This document shows, piece by piece, positions 54,036 to 64,000 of a stretch of DNA of 64,000 nt. The translations under genes were made by a program, and so were the position numbers. Source of the DNA: the human T2T-CHM13v2.0 reference genome, Homo sapiens; NCBI RefSeq assembly GCF_009914755.1, contig NC_060926.1; one strand, given 5' to 3'. Every line of letters begins with the position of its first letter. The first letter of the stretch is position 1. The notes below the pieces were generated by a model. That model was given only the letters and a program-made list of their open reading frames with translations, was not told the DNA's origin and searched no databases.

Positions 54036-55544
54036 TAGGGTTGTCCTATTTTCTCAAGCAGTGAAAACAATATTAGACTTGTGTGTTCTAGTCCCAGCTG
54101 CACCCCCGATCCACTAAATGGTGGCTTTGGGTTTCCCACTTAACCCCTTAGTCTCCTCCTCACCAAAAGGGAAGAAAATCTTTTTTTTTTTTTTTTGAGA
54201 AGCTCAAATGAAATAATGTCACTGAGAAAGCTGCTAAAAGCAGAGTGCTATAAAAACACACAGTTCTTTATTATTAATGTCTTTTTGTTTTGGTGAGCTA
54301 ATGGTGGTTTTTATGAGCTAATGGAGCTAATTTAACCCAGAATTACCCAGGAGCTGAGAGCAAAGTTTTCTAGATAGATTGTCTGTCTCTGGGGAGATCA
54401 TAATTCTCTTGTAAAGTCAGCGCCTCTTGTGATACTGCCTCATTCTTATGCATGCATCCACTCATCTTCTTTGTCTTCCAAACCCTTTGATTTGATTCAG
54501 GTGAGCCTTACCCGGTCCGTGCTTCACCTCTTTCTTCTTTCTCCATAATTCAGTTCTACTTGTTGGATCCATTGATTTGCTCAGCAAAGACTGATTGAGC
54601 CTCCACCATCTGGTAGGCCACAAGTCAGACGCAGCTCTCAGCTGGAGTGGCTCAGCCTTGGAGAAAACAGCCGCATAAACGTGGGTGACAACACAATGAA
54701 ATTGTGCCAACATAAGGCCGGGCACTGCAGTCTCTGGGAACTTAAAAGAGGGTGAGATTGATGACACAGCTCGGTTTCATTAGTATCTTTTTAGTTCTCT
54801 TCCCTGAATACTTCAAATATACATGTATCTTTGAGTTGACTGAAGATTTGATGAGTTTGTTGAAAACAAACTGAAAAACAGAGTTATAATTTAAAATAAC
54901 TGGATCAGTGATAAGGAAAAACATATTCCAAGCATAATGTGGTCATCACCAATTTAAATAGTTGGTCACCCAAGGACACAATTTATCCTAGAGATTCACA
55001 GGCAATTTAACGGGTCATGACTCAAAGAAATAGGCAGAAATTACTATTAAACTAGTCTTAAAAAGCGGTCGGCAAATGGTGATCCTTAAACAGTTGACAC
55101 CAAGGTCCTGTGTTTTAGAATTTATGCACTGAAATTTTCATTTTGGAAGATTAAGAGAGTCATATAAATTGGTTGTGGGTTAATTCACCTCCTATAGCTT
55201 TTAAAAGTCAGGCATTGTGTTTGATACACAATTATTTCACTAAGAATGCATCGTTGCAGAACGATAGTTCTCATCTGACTGAAACCAGTAGACTGTACCA
55301 TCCCTGTTGACTGCCTGATGTTTTTGGAAGCAACACAATTCTAAAAGCAAAACCACCAATTGTTATGAAAAATTACATGGGCTCCTATACTTTGTGTAAC
55401 AGGTGAAAACCCCAAACAGGGAAAGGAAGACTCATTTAGGCTTCACTCTGGAAGGACATTTCCCTCCTAGTCTGCCCTCTCAGGGAACTTGAATCGTGAT
55501 GCTTCTTGCCATTAGGGCCACCTGGTTTGAATCCTTCACCATTC

Positions 55545-55740
55545 TCTGAAGACCTGGGTTCAAATCCCAGCTTAGCCCCTACCTAGCCCTGTGGGTCAAT
55601 TGATTTTCCTAAGTGTTCATTTTCTCAACTAAACTAGAGGTTATGGAGGCTACTTTCAAGGTTGCTAAGGGAATTCATCGTGACACCATGTGCTTAGCCC
55701 AACGGCGCTTGGTAAATGCTCAATAAAAGATAGATATCCT
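55545..55740 (+). mobile_element. MIR SINE
   Basis: AGACCTGGGTTCAAATCCCAGCT...GGTAAATGCTCAATAAAA. Confidence 0.7.
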
Positions 55741-55870
55741 CATTGATTAATGCTCCCCAAAGGAGTCCTTTTAACACAAAATTTTGCCAAGATAGCAGAA
55801 AGGATTGATGTGGCATGAAGGGTATACATTAAACATCTCCCTTAATTATGACAATATCCGTGACAAATAA

Positions 55871-56174
<304 letters not shown>

Positions 56175-57757
56175 AAATGAGAAATCCCCCTGCCCTGCTT
56201 CTTTTTCTAGCTCTCCCTCTTGGTTGTATTTAAGTCATGATATTCTTCTGTGACCCTGCCTTGCCTGCTCTCACGCCTTCAGTCAGTTGCTCTCTCTCTC
56301 TCACTCTCTTTTTTAGCTGCGTGAAGTTCACAATTTAAGTATAGCCCCTAAGTCTTCATCACATACATTCCTACAGCTTTGGATTCCTCAGTCCCTAAAG
56401 GCTGCTACATAGATCCATGCAGTATGGGAGCTAAGGAAACTCGTTCTTCTCTCATGAGGGTTTAGCAGGAGGTGAGCTTTCAAAGCAGCTCTCCACTCTC
56501 CCTGCTCCCGTAACTCTGGGGTGGAACAGAAATACTGAGATGGACTGCCCGTTCTGTGTGTTTGTTCGTTTGTTTTTATGTTTGTTTTAGTGGGAAGATA
56601 ATTTCCAAGTAAGATGATGGGTTTCTTAACTATGCAGAAGTCCCAGTTACTTCCTGTGTCTTTTGACCAAGCACTCCCCACTCTTTCCCATGGCAACAGC
56701 AGCCTGAGGTTTTTCTTTCAAAAGAAGAGTTAACGTGTATTTTAAAATTGTGTTGTGCTGCTGACCAGACAAGGATTAAAAAAACAAATAGATCTCAGTA
56801 TTAAGTGGAATTTGGGCTAAATCCATAAGTCCCCATGCCTTGGTGATTGCTGTTTACACATTGACTTACTATTTGCACAGTTCTCTGCTCTGCACTTCTA
56901 GACTCCAATCCATGCTGTACAGTGTGCATTTCTAAGACATGGGATTCTGTCTCTACAGGCTTTCCGAAATATCTCTTCTTTTTAAATACAAAACTAAAAT
57001 CTAGATATAGTCACCATATGTGAAGGTTACCTGTGTCTGCAGACATAGATTTATTAACCTATTATCAATATTAATGCAAACTATCCTGCAAAACCTCAGG
57101 TCTAGAATAGTCTCCCTATGTTAAAGGGGAGATGATAACCAATGCAAAAAGCTTGTGTTTATAACCGGCAATTTCAGTGAAGGTTCTAAAGCCAGCTGCT
57201 ACTGAAGAGACTCAGCTCAAAACAAAAGACAGACCAAGGGCTCGGATTTGCCCCATAATCAGAATGCCAGCCGCACTGTGCCGCTGTTGACACTGGCCTG
57301 GGAGGTGCCCGCTCGAATGGTCCCTCCAGCTCACTGGTTTTGCATACGATCACCAGGCTGCAGCCTCCATGAGTCTCCAAGGTAATCCTAGACAGCAAGA
57401 ATCTTCCTCCTTATTAACAGCCCTGGCTGTAATTTACAGCTCTGTTTTCTATGCTGCCATTTCTAGCACTGCTATAAATTCCGCCACTAATCTTAGGCTC
57501 AGAAAAGTCTTTTTACAACTTGCCACCACTGCACAAATGTCAGTGGAGCCTGCTTTTAATAAACAGAGTGACTGGCAGAGGACCAAAGAAGATAAATGGT
57601 CAACAGGGCAAAAGTCATCTTGGATGTGTCTCCCTCCTCTATCTGAATTGCTCTTCCTAATTCCTACTACACTAACCAGAATTTTTAGGTTGCATTAACT
57701 CACTCTATCCATAAAGAAAATATTAAATACATTCATCTATACAAAAATGTGAGATGT

Positions 57758-58058
57758 AGGCTGGGTGTGGTGGCTCATGCCTGTAATCCCAGCACTTTGG
57801 GGGGCGAAGGCCGGGGATAGTTTGTGCCCAGGAGTTTGACACCAGCTTGGGGAACATAGACCTCTCATCTCTACAAAAAATAAAAAAAATTAGCCAGGTG
57901 TGGTGGTACGTGCCTGTAGTCCCAGCTACTTGGCAGGCTGAGATGGGAGGATCACCAGAGCCTAGGAAGTCGAGGCTGCAGGGAGCCAAGATCTCGCCAC
58001 TGCACTCTAGTCTGGGCAACAGATTGAGACCCTATCTCAAAACAAAACAAAAAAAAAA
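57758..58058 (+). mobile_element. AluJ
   Basis: Full dimer. TSD GTGAGA(T/C)GTAG. Confidence 0.93.
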
Positions 58059-58479
58059 GTGAGACGTAGTTCAGTAACCTCTCCAGGGGTATATGCATTT
58101 TCAAATCCAGAGTTTAGGGGTTAATTAAAATTAGTAATTTTCAACATATGTTTGCTCTCTTAATAAAAGAAAAAGATTTCTATGAATAAAAGTTGGGGAC
58201 GATGGGTTTAAAATATCTTTATGTTAGGACTTCTCAGAATCATGAACATGCTAATATGAATCATATTTCTCCAAGGGACACCTAGAGTGTGTAGAATTTT
58301 CCAAATATCTTTGACCACGAACCCCATTTTTGAAAGAATATTTTGGGAAACAAGTTTCTTGGGCAATACTGATCTAAGAGATACATTCCTAAAAGTAAAA
58401 CTACAGTGATGGGGAGACCCTAAAGGTATAAACGCCTTCCTGGTCATCCATTTTGTGTGGAAAAGAAATGTACCCCAAG

Positions 58480-59155
58480 TTGAGAGTATACATTGACTCA
58501 TGGGCAGTGGCAAATGGCTGAACTGAATAGTTAGTGGCCTGGAAGGTACAAGGTTGAGAGACTGAAGATTCATGTAGAAAGACTGGAAGACTGGAGACAG
58601 GAAGTCAGGGAGAGAGGTGTGTGGATGGGCCTGTGGAAGTGGACATAAAGAGTGAAGACCTTTATATCACAAGTTAATGCCCACCAGAGAGCACCTGCCG
58701 CAGGGGAGGGACTAAAGCAACAAGCAGAGAGAAGGACTCAGGCAGTAAACGTCAGTCTCTGTCATTATCCACCCAGTGCTGGCCCCAGGGGTTTGTGGAA
58801 GGAATAGCTACCGTGACAGCAATGGAGACTATGCATGGCTCGACAGCAAGGAACTTCAATTCACTAAGGCCAATCTAGCTGCTGCTATTTCCAGATGTCA
58901 TGTCTGCCAGCCACAGAAACCGATGCTGAGCCCGGATGTGGTACAATTTCAGTCCAACCAGCCACCTGGGGGCAAGGTGATTACATAAAACCCTGACACT
59001 CTGGACAGCACAGGGGATTCGTCTTGACTGAAATCGACATATATTCTAGGTATGAGTTTGCCTTTGTTTGCAAGGCCTCGGTCAACTATCTGAAGACTTG
59101 GACATGTGTGAGCCGTCTGTACAAGATGCTGCATAGCAACGAGCTGCATCTAGGG
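58480..59155 (+). mobile_element. ERVL-class internal pol fragment (RNase H / integrase), degenerate
   Basis: Peptides VKTFISQVNAHQR, GDYAWLDSKELQFTKANLAAAISRCHVCQ (integrase CxxC zinc motif) and QGDYI...FVLTEIDIYSRYEFAF resemble ERVL pol (SHVNAHQR, ECPICQ, QVDYIGPL...FVLTGIDTYSGYGFAF). Confidence 0.8.
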
Positions 59156-59199
59156 ACGCAGATGGGATTAATCACCGCATCACTCTAATCCTCACCCAG

Positions 59200-59394
59200 C
59201 CTTCCCCTCTGTGTTCCCTTCTCCGTATAAGGACACCTGTCCTTGGATTTAGGACCCATCAAGATGACCTCATCTTGAGCTCTTTAACTTAATTACACTT
59301 GCAAAGAGGCTTTTTCTAAATAAGGTTTCATTCACAGGTACTGGGGGTAGGACATAGATACATCTTTTTGCTCACTCCCATTCAACCCATAACA
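59200..59394 (-). mobile_element. MLT1 LTR fragment
   Basis: TATAAGGACACC...TTGGATTTAGG...ATGACCTCATCTT...ATTCAACCCATAACA. Confidence 0.75.
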
Positions 59395-59785
59395 CGTAGA
59401 AAGCTCACTGTGCACTTTGTGCTTACTGGGAAGCCCTGCAGAAGAGTCAGACTTAAAAAAAAAAAACTGCTGAGCACATTAACAACCCACCTGCAACCAC
59501 TTTCTTCTCTCATCCCCTCCTCCCTTCCTCTTTTTTGCCCCCTTTTTCATTCTTCTATGCAGTCCAGCTTTCTCTATCTCCCCAGGAAGAAAGCCGATAC
59601 CCTTCTCTGAAGCCCACCTACCCACAGTTCGAGCTTCTTGCAGAGACTGATTCATGCCTCTGAATCCCAGTTTAAAGTTTCTTGGGGGAGAGAAACTGCT
59701 TGCCCGGCTTGGATCAGGGTCCACCCCCAATCCATTGAGTTGTGACCCAGAGTCAGGACAGATGGTGTCGGTGTTCTCACCAGGT

Positions 59786-60596
59786 GTGGGGCGTAATTGC
59801 TAGTTACCTACCCTCAATGCCTGCTCTCCCTTCTTCCTTGGGATAAGGCTCTGGTTCTCCACTGTGCACATAAAGACTCCTTCCAAGGCTCCCTTGAAGT
59901 CAGATGTGGCCTCACAACTAAATTACGGCTAGCAAGATGAGAACAGAGGTGTTACATGGCAGCTTCCAAAAATATTCTTAAAAGACAGCAGGAACATGCC
60001 TTTTGCTTCCCCTTACCCCTTGTCCCACCATGCAGCATAAAATATAGATGTGTTGAAAGTCTAGCCACCACTTTCTATTTTTTTCTAATTAGAGATGGGG
60101 TCTTGCTCTATCACCCAGGCTGGAGCGCAATGGTGTGATCATAGCTTACTGCAGCCTCCACCTTCTGGGCTCAAGGGATCCTTCCCCATCAGCTTCCCAA
60201 GTACCCGGGACTACAGGCAAGTGCCACCCTGCTCAGCTAAGTTTTTAGTAGAGACAGGATCTTGCCATATTGTCCAGGCTGATCTTGAACTCCTGGGCTC
60301 AAGCGATCCTCCCATGTCAGCATCCCAAAGTGCTGGGATTACAGGCATGAGTCACCACGCCCAGCCTAACCTTCATTTTCAACCAGAAGATGAAGCCTCC
60401 ATCCCAGAGGTAGCAGAGCAAAGTGTTGAAATGTGTCTGCACCCCTTAAAACCTCAGGGAGCCTCCGTGCCAGGGCTGGACTTCCTACCTCTGAACTTCC
60501 TTTACATGAGAGAGTAATAAATTTCTCTCTTCTTTCAGACATCTTCTATTTGGGTTTCTGTGTTATAGGTAGCCAAATTTAATCTTAGCTAATATA
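59786..60596 (+). mobile_element. ERVL LTR (LTR33/LTR16-like) split by an Alu
   Basis: TCTCCCTTCTTCCTTGG...GCTCCCTTGAAGTCAGATGTGGCC...GATGAGAACAGAGGTG; 3' AATAAA...GTAGCCAAATTTAATCTTAGCTAATATA. Confidence 0.6.
60077..60366 (-). mobile_element. AluJ
   Basis: Reverse dimer. Confidence 0.92.
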
Positions 60597-61949
60597 AAGG
60601 CCAACTTTTTGGGGGGACAATTCACAAAAAAAAAAAGACCAGGAGAGCACTGTGCACTACGTCGCCTTTCCAGAATGGTCTTTCACCAGGCACGAGGGCA
60701 GATCTCTACGTCCCCAGAAATCTGATGTGTCCTGCATTGTCCACCACCAGCCTCTCTGGGTCATCAGACTGGGGAGGCTGTCTAGGTCCAAGACCACCCA
60801 TGCTGGTCTCTACAAGGCCAGGTGTTATCCCAGGAAAGGGGTGCCTCATTTCTCCACCAAAGGACAAATGGTGTCAGTGTTCTCACCAGGTGTAGGGTAT
60901 AACGGCTGGTTACCCACCCCCAATGCCTGCTCTCCCTTCTTCCTTGGGATAAGGCCCTGGTTCTCCACTGTGCACATAAAGACTATCTTTCCACGGCTCC
61001 CTTGAAATCAGATGTGGCCTTATGACTAAATTCTGGCCTGCAAGATGAGAAAAGAAGTGTTACATGGCATTGTTACATGGCAGCTGGTATGTTTCTTGGA
61101 GCTTCTATGAAGCACTCGGCGTGGGGCAGCTGGAATCAAAAAGCCCTGCTGTCCTGGGGAATCAGCAGCCAGGTGGGTGGGTGGCATTATATGGGCTGCT
61201 GAAGATAACAGCAGAGCAAGGAGGATGGAGCTGGGACCATTATAGGCCAGAGAGAAACCAGGTATGAATGTCAGGCCATTTTCAGAGCATGGAACAGACC
61301 CAATGGGTTGGAATATGCCTTTCATTCTTCCTTTTTATTGAAACACACGGCCAATAAGTGTGTGTCAATAAGTGTTATTGAAGGTTCATTTTTGACAATA
61401 CATGGACCTTCACAATCCTCACTAGCAGCAGCACTGGGACATTGGCCACCAATTCCAAAGGCTCAACCCATGCCTGGTACAGGGACAGCTTTCCTGCCAA
61501 GGCTGCCCAATAAGCCAGGACTATCCCCTTCTGCAGGGACCAGCAACAGGACAGAATGATGCAGCAGCCCAAGTATTCCAAGTGTTGTAGGATCATGGAC
61601 CCCAATGAGCAAGTGCCGGTGCTGGGATAGAGTGGGAGATGAAGACTACAAAGGGCATCACCTCTGTGTCAAGCGTAGGCTGTCATGCACTCAGGACCAA
61701 AGACCATGCCCCCAGGTTGTGGCCACCTGGAATTCCTCCAGATCTACTCACCCATGACCCCCGGGAGCCCTTCCCCAGCCTCTCTACTTTAAAATTCTGC
61801 CTCCCACACCAGCACCTCCCATCCACCTCCCTTACTTTATTTTTGTTGCTGCCTCCACTCCTGTCTGACATCCTGTATGCTGCCTGCTTTGGAGATTAGC
61901 CCGGCTGTGGTGGAGGAGCTTGGCTGGATCACCCCAATGCACTTATTGT

Positions 61950-62092
61950 TTCATTTATTACCTGTCTCCCCATCAAGCTCCATTAGGACAAATGCCTTCC
62001 TCTCTCCCATTCTCTGCTGTATCTGCAAGGCTTAAAACAGCGCCTGGCGCGGTAGGTGTCCAATAAATACTTGTTAAATGAGAGAATGAATG
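61950..62092 (+). mobile_element. L2 3' end
   Basis: ACAGCGCCTGGCGCGGTAGGTGTCCAATAAATACTTGTTAAATGAGAGAATGAATG. Confidence 0.7.
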
Positions 62093-62755
62093 TTCCGGAC
62101 CTGCCGGTCAGTATAGTTATCTGCTGGGCCCAGGTCCAGATAGGAAAGTGACCTGAATCCTTGGATGTGAATGTTGCACAGACATCAAACAAGGGCCTGG
62201 CTTCCCATGGTTCCACCAGAAAAATCTGGGGACAAATCCAATGGTGGGAATGGGCAGAGCTGGCCCTCACAGGTACCTACTATGAGAAGGCTGATATGTT
62301 TCTTGGAGCTTCAGTAAAGCACTCAGTATGGCATGGCTGGAATCAAAGAGCCCTGCCGTCCTGGGGAACCAGCAGCCGGGTGGGTGGATGGGATTAGAGG
62401 GGCTGCTGAAGATAACAGCAGAGCAGGGAGGATGGGTCTGGGATGATTAATGACCACAGGGAAAGCAGGTATGAGGCACACACCCCCTCCTGCTCCCTTC
62501 TCCTCAAACTGTTAAACTGACTCAGCCGCCAGGCCAGGATGCCTGTCGTAAGGTTTGACTCGGTTCTTTTGGAGGCGCCAAGCTAGATCATGAAAAAATT
62601 GCTTGTGTAGGGCAGAATCATCCTGGACTAGTCCAGCCACTCAAACTCCAAGGTTCAAAACTTGAGACCAGTGACTGAGATCCACTCTGAGGAGGCAGCC
62701 CAGGGCATCCTCTGAGCTCCCTGCTGGGCCCAGAGGAGTGAAGGCTGTAGCACAC

Positions 62756-62931
62756 CAGAGCCAGCTTCACCAGCAGGCAGCCTGTGCCAGCTCTCAAGGA
62801 CCCATGCTCATAGGGCCTGTGCTTGGTTTAATTCTCCACTGTTGTCATTTTAAAATTTTTAATAATTTTTTAATAAAAGACTCTGCATCTTCATTGTGCA
62901 CTAGGACATGCCAATTATGTAGCCAGTCCTG
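62756..62931 (+). mobile_element. MER91A-like hAT-Tip100 MITE
   Basis: CAGAGCCAGCTTCA...TGCTTGGTTTAAT...TTAATAATTTTT...AATTATGTAGCCAGTCCTG. Confidence 0.75.
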
Positions 62932-64000
62932 CAAACCTGTACCTGGGTCTCCCAGGATTTCTGCCATATCTCTTGTACATAGCACACGTGAGGCTGACAC
63001 CCCATTTCATTACTTTCAATCACTGGTGGTACAAAGATGCCTGCTGCTTGGAATTATCTAGTACCAGGAGACCCATGTGGCCAGAAAACCAAACAGGTCA
63101 TACAAGTCAGACAGACGACTATCATGTAAGATAGTCACCTACTCTGTGCCAGGCACTGCAGTGAACCCACCCTTGGATCTTCCTATCACCCTTGAAAGGC
63201 TGATATTATTGTCCTCCTTTGGTAGATGAGCAGGCCTGGAGCCTCACCACCTAATGGTGCCTGGAATACATTAGGAGATCATTAAGTACTTGTTGAATAT
63301 TCAAACATTATTTGCAAGGTGTACTTACTTTTTGCATTGATTGCAGATTTTGAGACAAGATATAGGTGAACTACACAATACTGGGCATGGAATGCTTGAA
63401 CATCAACCATTCATTCAACAAACATTTATTGGGCCCCTTCATATGCCTAGACTATGCTAGGTGCTGGGGCACCCTAACAGACCCAGTGCTGCAGCTCATG
63501 GGCAGCACTGGCTGGCATTCCATAGGATGCATGATGGTCCATGTCGAAGAAGGATTCGTTTTCAGTTGGGACCTCCAACAGAGAAACTCTTCCTCTTCCC
63601 AAAGGGAGTGAACAGGTCAAACAACCCCCTTCACCACCACAGACCAGGAATGTGCATTGATTGTGCAGGAAACACAGATACCCTAACAAAGACTACTCAG
63701 ATGATAAGAGGAGTTACTTTGGTGAAAACAAGTCAAGCAGGCAGCCCGCATTTTTACAGGGCAGACCGGAGGGAGCCAAAGCCTCTACACAATCTATTGA
63801 TTTCCACTGAAAGTGAACTTTCAGCTATTGCATTAGCCAAGGCTAAGAATTACTCCCAAATAGCTATTTTTAAAACTTTTTTAAAGTGCTATATTTTTAG
63901 CAAAATATCTATGGGATAAGAACCATGGGAGGCACAGGGAGACAATCAATAGAAATTGGGAGAAATGAAAACCAGATGGTTCAGCGCTCAGATGATTCCC

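Overview
Primate (most likely human/hominoid) non-coding genomic DNA dominated by interspersed repeats. I see no intact host protein-coding gene, rRNA, tRNA or CRISPR array. Main content: an old, decayed processed HSP70 (HSPA8-like) pseudogene on the minus strand (~4390-6760) split by an Alu; a one-ended Hsmar1 mariner fossil; two 5'-inverted (twin-primed) L1s; a near full-length, ORF1/ORF2-dead L1PA4/5-type element (~36550-42710) that still has an open antisense ORF0; about 20 Alu/Alu monomers; ERV1, MaLR and ERVL LTRs; an ERVL pol/integrase fragment; and hAT MITEs. The features that repeat annotation does not explain are several short copies of nearby DNA with fold-back or microhomology junctions (11955-12190, 30911/31818, 60861-61267), a 17-bp direct repeat around the Hsmar1, and an inverted L1 pair sharing non-consensus variants. 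I cannot support a genuinely new biological system. Family and subfamily calls come from recalled consensus sequences, boundaries are approximate, and identity figures are by-eye estimates.
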